64,000 nucleotides of DNA, taken from Raillietiella orientalis. Taxonomy: Eukaryota. Under the pieces are notes generated by a model. That model saw only the letters and a list, made by a program, of their open reading frames with translations, ran no database searches and was not told the origin of the DNA. Position 1 is the stretch's first letter. Every line of letters starts with the position of its first letter. The stretch lies in assembly GCA_036172245.1 (NCBI GenBank), contig JAYWIR010000024.1, positions 1,116,001 to 1,180,000 of the forward strand, in the 5' to 3' direction. Made by a program: the position numbers and the translations under genes. Shown in pieces: positions 1-12,214 of the stretch.

Positions 1-1649
1 GATAGGTGGTGTGGTTCGTTGCCTAGGCCACGCGCCGAGAGTTCTTTCTAAATCAGGAGTCCGTTTTTACAAATTAGATTAGATTCATGTAGGTTGCATT
101 CTTTCGATTATTTTTTCATGTCTAAATAAATGCAAGTTTGAAAACAAAACAAAAAAACAAAAACAAATCCCTCTCTTCAGATGCCAGAGAGGATTCTTGG
201 AGAGAGAGAGAGAGAGGGACTCTTGATTTTAGCCGATTGCCCTCGCAATTATCTGGGCTGAAAATGGAGCCACTCTCTCTAATTGAAAAGTCAGTGTCTT
301 GTCCAGGTCAAGTTTTTCGAGACTTTCCAACTTCAGAGTAGTTCTCAAGGACGCTCGCTTACTTCGGAAGTTGCAGCCACACATAGCCTTGAGAAACGAT
401 CTCTTGTTGAGTGCCTAGATCCCCTGCAGATCTGAACCCACATGGGCTTGACAGTTCTTTTAGAATTCCGGCATTTCCTCATTTTCCATCCGATATCTCC
501 CTAGTGCTTGCTGAGTGGATCTGCATACTCATCAAGCATCCCTAAGGAGATCATTAATATGAAAATCATCGATCAATAGTGCTGCATGAAGCTCGTGCTC
601 GCATCTGTGTTTCGCATCACGAGTCGATCCTGATCAGATTTTCGTCACACACTGTTGGGATGCAAATTAAAAAAAAAAAAAATGCCAATGACAAGTTCAT
701 TGATACTGATGGAAGGAGAATCGTTGGGAAAATTTCTTCTTCCGGTTCATTGCATGCAAGGCTCTTATGAGACCTGAAGGAGCGATGTCAACTCTGTCTC
801 CAAAGCGGCATCATAAAGCGGTTCGAGGTGATGTGGTCCCGTAAAATTCCCAGCCAAGACGTGAATTCAGCACAGGATGTGGGAACGAAATTCGGAACAA
901 GTGCAGGAAGAGTTCCGAAATCTCCCGAAAGAAGCAGCGTACACTTGAGCAATAGTGAACGGGACTCTGCCATCGTACAGTCCCCACATGATGCCACTAA
1001 AGGGTGCAGAAGTGCATTAGCAGTTTCTCGTTACGTTTACGAATAAAACAGAACCGTGCTGCCAAATCGAAATAAAAATGGGTCCTTCGTGCTTTAATGT
1101 ATTTCCCAAAAGGAGTAAAGATTACATAAACGTGCTGTTCAAGTCGACACCGAATCCCGTTGCCAAGTACATTGTACGCTTCAATCAAATAGCTACCGAA
1201 ATGAAAACCTGGACTTGTATCGAAACAGAGATCCCTCAGCAAAATATGGGGTCCATTGCAAACCTCCTCTCTCTTTAGGATTAATCGATCATGAAGTCTA
1301 CAGTCAAACATCTGTACCAACACGGAGTAGTGAGAGAACAGAGATTTGGTCGTGCTTTCCTGAAAGGAAATTGGATTTTAATTCTTGGGCGTTCTCGAAT
1401 GAATTTTAAAATTTTCAATTAAAATTAATTTTATGAATTCTAAAACCGATTTCGTTCTAAGCATCTAGTTCTGTAGGATGATTAAAGGCTGATCGAAAAT
1501 GTGCAGGTGGAGATGTGAAGGTACAGAGGAGCGAATGGCATAGCTGAACGCGCATCCACTCGCGTGGATGGATGGATGGATGCACGTGGAGGAAATTTAG
1601 CATTCCTAGGACGAGGACACAGCAAGCAAAGGAGTTGTTCCCGAAGCCT

Positions 1650-1860
1650 TTCCGGCTTCGCTTCATCTTGAACATTCGACCTCGAGACAGTCCCCGCGTT
1701 CTCAGCAAAAGGAAGCTTTGCAAGGAATAAACAGTCCTTAGCAGTTTTCCACGGGGATGGTTCCTCCGTCTCTGAAAGCATCAGCATAGTTCAGAGGAAA
1801 GGACTCGACCGCTTTGCGAGCGTTCTCACTTTGCAACCCAAAGAGTTGCCAAGTGAGGAC
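1650..1860 (+). repeat. ~210-bp direct repeat, copy 1 (copy 2 at 2984-3214)
   Basis: Both copies begin TTCCGGCTTCGCTTCATCTTG and share AAGGAAGCTTTGCAAGGAATAAACAGTCCTTAGCAGTTTT; they flank mGluR exon A. Confidence 0.95.
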
Positions 1861-2226
1861 TTGAAGTCGTGGAAACCTTTTCAGAGACTCTTTTGGATCC
1901 TAATTGCCTCCCCGATACGTTCAGTTTCTGGTGGGAAAAGACATGTCATGGAAGATGACTTACGAATGGCACATTGGTGAAAGGGGGTGCATTGAGCGGC
2001 GCCGGACTGGAGCCTTCAAACACGGCCTCTTTAAGACATCTCTTTGCCCATTCCAAGTTTCAGTCCCCGAACACGAGAAAACACTTATAAACGCTAAACA
2101 AACTGTTAAAGGAGAATTGTAGCAAACGCAGTGCAAGGCATTTTTTTAGAGCTAGAGATAGGGATGATTGGAATCAGTTTTTGTTTCTTTTGAACATCCA
2201 ACAGGACTCAATATAATGTATTGCAG

Positions 2227-2459
2227 TGATGGATGGGCTGATCGGAAGGATGTGGTGGACAAATACGAGAAGGAAGCTCAGGGAAGCATATCCATCAGGA
2301 TTTACTCTCCATACATCAAGGACTTTGATTCTTTCTTCTTGAACTTGAATCCGTTCACCAACATCCGGAATCCCTGGTTTCAAGAATTCTGGGAGCACCG
2401 CTTCCATTGCACGATGGATGCAAACGTTTCCAAACAAAAACGCATTCGCAAATGTGACG
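2227..2459 (+). CDS. GRM1/GRM5: Group I metabotropic glutamate receptor, exon A (Venus flytrap domain; gene 5' part outside window)
   Basis: Translates (S)DGWADRKDVVDKYEKEAQGSISIRIYSPYIKDFDSFFLNLNPFTNIRNPWFQEFWEHRFHC, matching mGlu1/5 SDGWADR...RNPWFxEFWxHRFxC. Acceptor ttgcag at 2221-2226; donor GTAAGA at 2460 (phase 1). Confidence 0.95.
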
Positions 2460-2983
2460 GTAAGAAGTTTCGAGATGCTTTTTTTTTTTTTTTTTTTTGT
2501 ATTTCTTCCGATGAAGTAACGTGACAGGTCCGCGCGCTGCTAATCGACGAGCTAACGTTTGCCTCTTGCAATGACTCACGATGGCGACCTCGAAATAGTG
2601 GACGAGCTGTTGGCTCTCGTGGACGCCAAACAGTCAACGTTCAGCCGTAGGTCCGTTGAACGGTCGCTCGCTCTTTTTGCGACGACTTCCTGGATCCACC
2701 TCGTCTTCATTCGACTCGAGAGGCGGCTGGGAACATTCAGGGTTTTCCGTGTCTTTTTCCTCCCGAGAACTCTCTGTCCGTGTTGACCTGCCTTGTTGCC
2801 CGTTGTCATTCAGCTTCACAGGAGCTTGCGGGCAGTCCAATTTCACAAACACCCCTACGCTCTTGCTGCCTCTCTGTGTTCTTCACGAGTAATGTCCACC
2901 AGGATTCTATTTCTGTTTCGGAAACTATGAGAGGAGAAAGAAAGAAGAGAGGAAAATAAAAAAAGAATCAACCCCGGCGAACG

Positions 2984-3214
2984 TTCCGGCTTCGCTTCAT
3001 CTTGAGCATTCGGCCTCGAGAGAGTCCCCGCGTTCTCAGTAAAAGGAAGCTTTGCAAGGAATAAACAGTCCTTAGCAGTTTTCAATCGGGATGATTCCGC
3101 CGTCTCTGAAAGCATCAGTTTAGTTCAGCGGAAAGGACTCGACCGCTATGTATGTGTTCTCAATTTGCACCCCCAAAGGGTGTTCAGCAACCCTTTGGGT
3201 TGCTGAGTGAGAAC
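2984..3214 (+). repeat. ~230-bp direct repeat, copy 2 (copy 1 at 1650-1860)
   Basis: Direct alignment by eye; carries an extra inverted insertion in the terminal hairpin. Confidence 0.95.
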
Positions 3215-3992
3215 TCGAAGGCTCGAATTTCGCTCCGTTCGTCTTGCCGCGAAATCGGAATTGGTAACTCAGACGGGTTTTACCCACGTGAGGGTGATTT
3301 CGAGGATACCCATGCCCCTTTATCCTCAGCTCATCAACGGATGAGAGCGAATGAACTGTGGGGATGGCAACGGGTCTTCTCGAGTTCTCACAGGAAGCTG
3401 AATGGATTCCCCGAATGTCGAAAAAGAAATCACTCTTTTCCTGTGATCGTCAAAATGGCGTTCTGATTAACCGGGTACTCATGCCATCTTAAGGAACTGG
3501 GAGAGAAAGGTTTTGCTTTTTACAAGAAAAAAAATCCCAATAAAATCCCAATGCCAAACAGAGGATCAACTGTCAGTCAAGGATGTTGAAGGGTCTGATG
3601 CAAGGAGGACCCAAGGGGGCGATGGATCACGAGAGACGATAAACTGGAGCGAGTTCTTCATGGCAATCCAATCCTTTGTAACATTCTTTACTCCGAGTAG
3701 AGAGAAACATGTGCTGATGTGTCCTGCAACCCATATTGAGTCTTTCTAAAGTCAAACTGATGACAAGACAGGAGGATTCTTACATCCTGAAATTTCTAAC
3801 GCTGAAGCAGCTTTTGTATCCGTTCTGTATTCCTGCTATTTATTTGGTCCCTTACGACACCCCCAGTTTTTCTCCTTTTATACTTCATTTGTTTTGTGAT
3901 GTTTTCGTGTGTCCGGAAGAGCATGCCCTCCACAAAGGCAACCTATTCTAAAGACATGAAGGACCTCTTCTTACGCGCGGAGATCGCAGTTA

Positions 3993-4791
3993 CACGGCCC
4001 GCATTAGCAGCCGCGTGGTTGCAGCCTCCACGAGTGGCACCGAGTGCTGCGGATTCAAATCCCCACGTGGAGGATCAACGCCGAGAATAGGAGATGCGTC
4101 GTGGGTTTCGAGTCCCTCCCGCAGGAGGACACTGGAGGCCTGTAGCCTCTGGATGTGGCACGGGTGGAAGCCGGTTGACTGGCCGGAATTGGAAGTTGAC
4201 CCTCCGGGGTCCCTACAAGAATCAAGGAGCACCGGTTAACTTCAAGGTTTCTCTTCAGGAGTGGACCCTCCATCGCGTACCATGGATCTAATTGACACCT
4301 TCTTCCCAGGGGGATCCCTTTCCAAAGTGTAAGAAGAACGCTGTTCCCTTCGGGAACCTACCCTTCAGAGAAATTGGGAAGCGTCCCTTCGGGATTCTCT
4401 TCTGAGGAGGAAACAGGGAGCGGATCCTTTCCGGGTTCTTTCCTGAGAAAAAAAGAGGAGTGGCTCCACAAACCGGGGTCTTTCAGAGAGAAAAAGGAAG
4501 AGGTTCCCTACAAAGTTTCCCTACCAAGCGTAAGAGGAACGGACTCCTTCCCTCCGGAACCTTCCCGGATTCACAGGGTCGTCCCTATGGAGTCACACCC
4601 TAACTTGAAGAATGACAAGTCTCCTCTGGTGGAGTGGACGGTGCTAAAGAGGAGCTTTGTGGGGCCTCCCTACGGAGCTGTACACACCCTCTGGTGGTGT
4701 GGACGGTGCTAAAGAAGAGCGTAGGCTCCTTCTGGGGAGTCGAACGGTTCTTTGGTGCTTGAAGAACCAACAAGAAAGATGAAAAAAAAAA
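3993..4791 (+). mobile_element. tRNA-headed SINE-like element, copy 1
   Basis: A-box-like TAGCAGCCGCGTGG, B-box GGATTCAAATCC (4051), body collinear with 11485-12214 and 29790-30504, A-rich tail. Internal ~60-bp tandem duplication at ~4625-4725. Confidence 0.7.
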
Positions 4792-5899
4792 CTGGAAGAA
4801 AAGCATCGAAAACAGGAGAGCCCTAAAAGGATTTAAGTCATCCTTTTTAAAAGAAAAGAAAAGAAAAAAAGAGAACTCATGTCTTCAAATGAGCAGTGCC
4901 AGCACTTTTCTGTAGAAACGATCTCTTGATATGAGAACATCAGATGGCTGGCTGCTGCAGAGATTCGAAGGTGTTAACCGAGCAACATCAAGGAAAGGTC
5001 AATAGCAAAAAGCTTACAGTACACCTTCCAATTACCGTACTTTTCGTTTTTTTTTTTTCTCGGGGAGGAGGGGAGTTCGTAGGTTCCTTGCCTTTAGTGA
5101 GTGTGCAAAAAGAGCATCAAGATCAAGTGGAAAAACTCATCACGGAGATGACTTTCGCCGTGGGCGACCTTGAGCAGGAAAGTCTCGAAACGAATTCCTG
5201 TTCATTGAATGAACTGAGGAATTACACAAAATCCTTACCATCTTCACTGCAAGTATTGGAATCAGGGAATCAGCTTTCCCTCTGGAGTCAGTCTAGCAAC
5301 AATCCCATAGTCAACATCTGCTCCAATGGATAGAATCATCAGTGAACAGAGATTTCTTAGCGCAAGGAAAGGTTGTTAGTGATGTCATTCAGTTTCCAAA
5401 GCATCCTTGGCCTCTGCTGGACCATGTTCTGCAACGTCTTCCTAATCGTTAAACAGGTCGGTGTGGTCGAGTCATCAGAGAAGCACCATCAACCTTTGAA
5501 CTCGCGCAGCGCCTTCGGTATGGAGGGAGACGGAGCGCTCCAATCGCGGAGGTGATCCGACCTGCCTAAAAGACCCCCTCCTACCTCAAAATCGTCCATT
5601 CGTTCACTCTGGTCTCACATGAACTCTTCGTTCACAACGATAAATCTGTCCAGGTAGAGGAAAACGGGGGAGGACGTAGAAAATTGCCTTCCTCCAAGTA
5701 ATCTTCGTCTCCCTAAACGATTCTAAAACAGCTTGTAGAAAACTTTCTGCTGGTAAACAGGCTAATCTTGAAACTTTGGCAATTACTGGACTTGGACTTC
5801 ACAGATTTCAGACTATCGATCTCATGGTTTAAAGTTATCGTTTAAGGTTCATGATGTGGTGCCTGGTATCCCTGCTTGCAATCAAATGTGGGAAAACCA

Positions 5900-7400
5900 C
5901 TAGTTCTCGCTTAGAACAATCCTCGTGGGAAGGTCTTTTTATATCTTGGAAGGTCTTTTTATTCCATAGATTCTGAGGTATTAGAAGCTTCAAGTTTTGA
6001 GAGATGCTCCAGCTATTGATCTCATTCACCTTTCCCGGAACCGTTCGAGGGGTCCATCGGGAGGAAGGCAGAAGCAACTGGCCCTGAAGAGGGATGGCGC
6101 TCAAGCGTCGAGCCTATTCCCAGCCGGCGAGACAAAGACGTTCCTGCCTTCCGGCAAACTGTCGCCGAAAGATGGCAGATTCGGACGAGTAGGAAGGTCG
6201 CGACGATGCTCGCAGAAAGGTTTGGGCGCGGTCTCCCCTGTAGCTGCCGTTGCCACAGCAGATCTTGGTGGTAGGAGCAAATACTCTAGTGAGACCATGA
6301 ATGTCATGATGCGAAGGAGGGAACCTTGCGAACAGCCTCTGGGCATGGTTCAGTCAATCCCAAGTCCCCCCGGACATCAAAGGGTCGATTACCAGAGCTC
6401 GCATGAGGGTTTCAGGGGTTCCATCAGGGAAAAACCCGTTTTACAAAACGGAAGGCTCTTGTCGCCACCATCAGCACAACACAGGTCGTGCATTCTTGAA
6501 CCCAGCTCTTAGCCAGTCCAGCTGGCGTTCCCCCAATGCAGGTGACTCCTTTCTGAAAGTGACTCGAAAGGAAATCCGATCCTCCTCGATTGAGATCCTT
6601 CTGCAGAGTGCTTTAGGAAGCTGGCGAGAATGCGGATTCAAAGCAGCGACGAAGACGTATGCCTACCCACGTACGAGGCAGAGAGGGTTCCCGGTCCCCC
6701 CCTGTAGGAACTGCTCCCTCGATGCAAGAGGACCTGAAAGCTCTGCGTCACGAAATTTGCGTGTTGGCTGAAATCATCGGCTGCTTTTCGAGCTCCATGG
6801 AGATGAGCGTTTGACGCCAAGTGGATCGACGAGGTGTAGGGAAGCGGCGGCCTCGAAACGATCGAAAGCACCAGCCTGTATTCTCAACGTGCTGATTCAA
6901 TCTAACACGCTGCTTGAACGAGTTCTGGAACGCGCGAGGGGAGCTCTTGCTGGTGTGGAACGGGGGATCTCCACGGAACCTCAGCAAGAGTCACTCCACC
7001 CGCCTTCAGACAGAGATGGTCCGGAGTGGTGAGTTGGGCGAACCTCGAAGCGCCGAGTCGAACCCGACCAGTTCCTCATCTCGGTGCAGTTGCAAAAGCG
7101 GAATCACAAAAGCGATCGATAGTTGTATTGGATCTGGATTCAGGGGGCTTAGTGGAATGAGATGAGGAATCAAGAGAAAAATCACACCTAGGAAGACCAA
7201 AGAGGCGCTGCACTGAGAGCGCTGACGAGCAAACCGGGAAGAACGGTAAACCTTGGAGAGCTGCTAAAGATAGGGTATTCGGTTAAGGTCACGCGACCCG
7301 TGCTCCGAGGCATCCGCGGATACCACTCATGCTATCACCGAGGTAGGAGGTTTTCCAGAAGGAAGAAGCAACGAAGCAATTGTGCAACGGGCGCGCAGAT
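5900..7400 (+). mobile_element. Decayed non-LTR retrotransposon remnant
   Basis: Ordered degenerate motifs: LKRDGAQASSLFP (RGVxQGxPLSP), VAAVATADL...TMNVMM (AFADDL), KTYAYPR (thumb), then CWCG and SIVVLDL (knuckle/endonuclease). Many frameshifts. Confidence 0.45.
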
Positions 7401-8150
7401 GTGCAGTCGATCTCCAGACGGACAGCGATGCGAGAAATGATTGCCTAGATACCTAGGGAAGCTGAAAACACGAATAAGAAACAAAAGACAAAAAAGGAGG
7501 ACACAGACTGATGTTTTATTATTATAACTGACGTGCTCTGGTTCTGGCAGGGTTGACGGACCAAAGGCGGTCGGTCGTCTTACTCTGCATGTACAAAGAC
7601 GACCTGGTGCAGTCCCGTGAGATTCACGAGATTGCGTAGCTCTTGGAAGATTCTTGAAATGACGTTCAGCGTGACGTCTCTTTTTTTTTTTTTTTTTTTT
7701 TTTTTTCCTGCCCGGTTTTTGAATGCCACACGGAGGTGAAGGGGGAGCGAGTGAAGCAGTGGATTTTCGACCTGCTGAGAGACAGAAAACGCTTCAGCAA
7801 AGCCGACTGAACGGAAGCTGAAAATTGGACCCGGAGGAGGATGGGCGAAACTCCCAGCACTATTCGGGTCAAGCATTTTTCTCGACAGGGGAAAGTTCTT
7901 GGAAATGCTTTGCTGTCGGTGGGGAGCGTGAAAGAAAGGACCGAGGAAACCACAGGGAGATATTAACCACTGCGGGCAGGAAAAGGAAAAGGAGCAAGGT
8001 CTTTCTTTCTCTCTCTCTTTTGAGACTGCTAGCAGGCTGAGAGAGCGAACAGTGAGAGAGCGGGCGTGCCTACCAAGAGCAACAGAGCGCAAAGATCGAA
8101 TTCTTCATCTCGGGTTGCCCGCGAGCGTGCTCTCGGTTTCGCACGTGCGC

Positions 8151-8287
8151 CGAGTTTGCTCCGTGCGTGGGATTTCCTCGACCGACGATCCACTCAGCTG
8201 TGGTGAGCACCCACGAGGGGAAAACACTCAGGGATGCACGTCATGGAGAAACGCGAAACCGGCATCCTCAGACGATCCGAAGAGAAT
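8151..8287 (+). repeat. ~135-bp direct repeat (copy at 9990-10123)
   Basis: Shared CCGTGCGTGGGATTTCCTCGACC...GGGATGCACGTCATGGAGAAACGCGAAACCGGCATCCTCAGACGATCCGAAGA. Confidence 0.95.
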
Positions 8288-9845
8288 CGGCCAGAGTTTT
8301 CCGCCGGTTTCTGCTAGCGTGCTGCTTGCCTTTTCGCGATCACCTGCCACATTTCCCGAGTCACCCCGCCGACCCCGTTCTGTAAACGATTCCCACGTAT
8401 TTAGAGGATCTTCCGTCAAGATCGAAAGATCAGGATTCCCTTTCTCGAGAGAAAGGGGGCTTGCTTCGGATTCCCCTTGCTGCTAGGAAGCAAGCAGATA
8501 AGAACTCGGTGACTGTCATCCTACAGGAAGAGATGCAATCTGGATCTAATCGTCCGAAGCTTCTTCCAAAATACCAAGACGCGGAGAAACCAAAAGAGCA
8601 AAAGCGTCTTTTAACGTTTCTTAAGGCTTCTTTTCACACCTTCCTTGGAGATGGGAGAAAGCACATTGCTATGCAACACAAATCATCATTCTGATTAGAT
8701 AATTCAACTTGCCGACCCCTTAGGTCCATTAAAGTAAATAAATAAACCTGACTGGTTTCGGGCCATCGGCAGCGAGCTCGCGAATGGCTGGGGTGGAACA
8801 TTTTTGGGAAAAGTAAAAGCAACGCGAACGCACGTGCGTTGGCGAAAGAACGAGCGTCCCTCCTCTGGAAGCTGGAAATCCGTACAGGCGCGCTGGGCTC
8901 TCATGCACACCAAGGGGGTGTGGAAAAGAAGAAGCCCATTTCTGCGATGAAGATTTCTCTTCGGCGTGGTCGTAGGGAACGCGGTGGCCCCACTGCTGGG
9001 GTGGATGCACCCTCGCAGCGCCGCTGCCGTCTCCCTCTCTAATGTGAACCCAGCCGCGAGGCAATCGGGTATTCGCGTTTTTTCTGAAGGTGAAAGGACA
9101 TCGCTTGGCCACCACGGAGGGCGCGGTTCATCTCCCCTGGGAAGGCCGAAATGTGCCTAGGAGAATTCAGAGCACTCGCCTCGAGACGATCAGTAATTCA
9201 ACACAATGATTATGGGCAAAAGAGAAAATGACCCAAAATGAGCACAAGTAGCTTGGAAATACCTCCCGATCCAGAAAAGGGTCTGCAGCTTCTCATTGTG
9301 TAATCATTCATAACGTGCAAGATTATCCTACTAATGTTGAGCTTAAGGTGTTGTTAATCTAGGAAACATCCCAAGTGAATTTTTCAAAAGCGAAGAAAAT
9401 GATGGGTTAATGCCTCCTATGGGATCTCGGTGCTCTATTACTGTGAGGAAAAGTTCTGGAGGCCAGAGGAGGATTGAAGGAGCGGATGAAGGGTTTCGCA
9501 GCTCGACTCTTCGTGCTTACCGATAATTCCGGTGGTTAAGCTGAAGAAGAAGAACAGCCAGAAATAACGGAGCTCCAGGATTCTTTTCGACAAAAGAGCA
9601 TCCATAACTGTTCCATCTCTCTTCACACCCAGCTGCCGTTCGGTGAGCAGTGCAGCGAGACTCTTGGCTCTCACTCGAGAGGTGGAATCCTTCCGTGCTG
9701 GCCCACCACTAGAAGTTTTTCAACACTCGGAACTTTGGCCTCGATTCCGCGGGGCTGCTTTCTTAGAAATTCGAAAAGATAGGAACGAGTGCTTTTGCAA
9801 GACAGCTATCTACAGATAGCACAGCTTTCCCAGCTGCTTTGATGC

Positions 9846-9989
9846 TTTCAGACCGGAGGAGGATCCCGAAGGGAACCTACCGACTCTTTGGTTCCTGGAA
9901 GGACCCCAGGGGATGAACTTCCGATCTGGGCCGGTCAATGGGGACATCCAGTGCCGCGCCCGAAGCCGACAAGACCAACCAGCATCATC
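9846..9989 (-). repeat. Inverted internal fragment of the SINE-like family (partner 11599-11742)
   Basis: Near-exact reverse complement of 11599-11742; the ORF track shows the shared peptide MNFRSGPVNGDIQCR on opposite strands. Confidence 0.9.
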
Positions 9990-11484
9990 CGAAGTTCGCC
10001 CCGTGCGTGGGATTTCCTCGACCAGCGATCCAGTCAGCTGTGGTGAGCACCAGGGAAAAATACTCGGGGATGCACGTCATGGAGAAACGCGAAACCGGCA
10101 TCCTCAGACGATCCGAAGAAAATGGGATCCTACGCTTCACAGTACCAGGGTTATTGCGACCTGCAGCTATCAATGCAAACTCTCAGGAGTGAATTTTTGC
10201 TTCGGGCCACCTTTCGTGATCTCGAAGGCCGACGTTTCGGGCTGCAAATCACAACTTTCAGCTTTTGGCGAAGGGAACGGGAATTTTCCCTTCGCCGGGC
10301 AAAGGTTCTTCTCTTCCCACAAGTGGAAAGGAAAGTCAGGTGCGACCGTACTTTCCGGCTTCAGACACGTCCCAACTTGTTGTGCTCTATTATCCGTTCT
10401 AAAGTGTTAGCAAAAGATGTAGGAAGGAAGAGACAAAGAACCTTGAGGACTCCTTTGTGTTTCGCCATACTTGGAATCGAGGCTTTCACCCACGGCCAGC
10501 CGCCATCCTGTTTTTGCTGCCGCGAGATCCGAAGCAGCACCAAATCGGTTTACTCGTCAACACTCCCACAAAGAGTGGAGACCGGGAAATAGCCGAGATG
10601 TAAAAGCCCCAAGTCTCTCTCCGTAGCAGCCAGGCGACCCGGGACGGGTCGCGTCTTTAGAAATTGGACTCTAGAGTTTAGAAAGTCCAAAGTTGAGGAT
10701 TCTTCGCCTGGGGGTAGGGGAAACTTTTGGAAAGCCCATCGGAAAGCACCACTTAATTCGGTAGAGAAGAAGAGCGGTTCTGCGTCCCAGCGGTTGCACA
10801 GGGACAAGGAAGACAAAGAGCGTTTCGAGGATCCTGTGCTCAGCGCAGGAAGCGGAAGCGTGCAACGCGCGGTTCATGGACCCGCATATCTACATGAAAA
10901 CCGCTCGGGAGACAATTCGGCTCCCGGGAGCACAGGAAGAGGTTATTAGGGTTCATCACGTAGAGTCTGAAAGCTCGGAAACGATGACGAAGCAACCTTC
11001 CGGTCGAGCAGCGCATCCTCCGGAAAATGTGATCCAGATCTTGTTTTCCACCAGCCTCCTGAAAGGATTCCAAATGCAGATGTCTTCTGAAGGCGCATTC
11101 CCCACCTGAAGAGGAACCATTTACCGACGATCCGGAGCTCGAGATGCTCTCTGTGACGCCGCGAGAGGGCTCAAATTTGCTGCGCAGAGGTGACGGTGAA
11201 TGCTTTGCAGGGTTTAGGCAGCGCCGGGCAGGCGCCCCAGAGACGGGGGAGAAAATTCCTGTTTCTGAACTTTTTCTCTGCTCCCAAAACGTCTGTTCAC
11301 GTGGAGAGTCGAAGCAAAGGAAACTTTCACGTCCCGTCACCCAAAGGAGTGAAAAGAGGAGTCGCCAAGCACGTAAAAGATAAGCCATCTGAACACTGGA
11401 TAAGCTAAAGGCGTAGAAGGCCGCTGAAAAGGCGAAGGAAGAACAGCTCGGAAGGGGGAGGGTCTTTCAAATCGAGTATGCTGG

Positions 11485-12214
11485 GAGACCGCGTTGGAAG
11501 CTGTGTGGCTGCGGCCTCCACGCGTCCCGAGTTCGAATCCCCACGGGGAGGATCGATGCCAGAGATGGGTGAGCCGTGAGTTTCCAGTCATCCCGCGAGA
11601 TGATGCTGGTTGGTCTTGTCGGCTTCGGGTGCGGCACTGGATGTCCCCATTGACCGGCCCAGATCGGAAGTTCATCCTCCGGGGTCCTTCCAAGAACCAA
11701 GGAGTCGGTGGGTTCCCTTCGGGATCCTCCTCCGGTCTGAAAACGGAGCCATTCCATGGAGCTGGTTGGTCTCCTCCTCCGTGAAGGTCCCTCTCCGGAG
11801 TGTCAAGAAGAGCGTTGCTCCCGTTTTTCTCTGAAGGGTCTCTCCCTTAGGGGAGAGACCCTTCAGAGAAATCCGGAGGCATCCCTTCGGGGTTCTCTTC
11901 AGAAGAGGAAACAAGGAGCGGATCCTTTTGGGAAGGTCTCCTCCGGAGAAGCGAGGAGTGGCCCCACAAACCGAGGGTTCCCCCGAGAGAACAAGGGAGA
12001 GGTGGTTCCCTTATGGGTTCTCTTCGGAGACAACTGGTCGAGGGTTCCCTCCCAAGATTAAGAGAGGAATGGACTTCTTTCTCCGGGGATTCATAGGTGA
12101 TCCCCCTATAACTTGAAGAGTGACTACGGACGCACCCTCGAGTGGCGGGAGCGGTGTCGAAGAGCTTGGGGAGCCCCTAGGCGAACGGCTCTCGTGGTGC
12201 TTGGCAGACCAAAA
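11485..12214 (+). mobile_element. tRNA-headed SINE-like element, copy 2
   Basis: B-box AGTTCGAATCC (11530). Shares blocks GGAAGTT..CC.TCCGGGGTCC, CCCTTCAGAGAAA, GGAGCGGATCCTTT, TAACTTGAAGA and the 3' GGTGCTTG...ACCAA with the other copies. Confidence 0.7.

Noticed and set aside
1..2226. Upstream mGluR exons
   Set aside because: No expected motif (e.g. VVxCFCEG) was found; the 5' part of the gene appears to lie outside the window.
4400..4420. Hammerhead ribozyme core (CTGAGGA-G-GAAAC)
   Set aside because: No stem II and the core is not conserved in the other copies. Other CTGANGA hits (31666; minus strand ~8270) lack a correctly placed GAAA.
4340..4525. CRISPR-like array
   Set aside because: Units are degenerate without unique spacers, there are no cas genes, and the context is eukaryotic.
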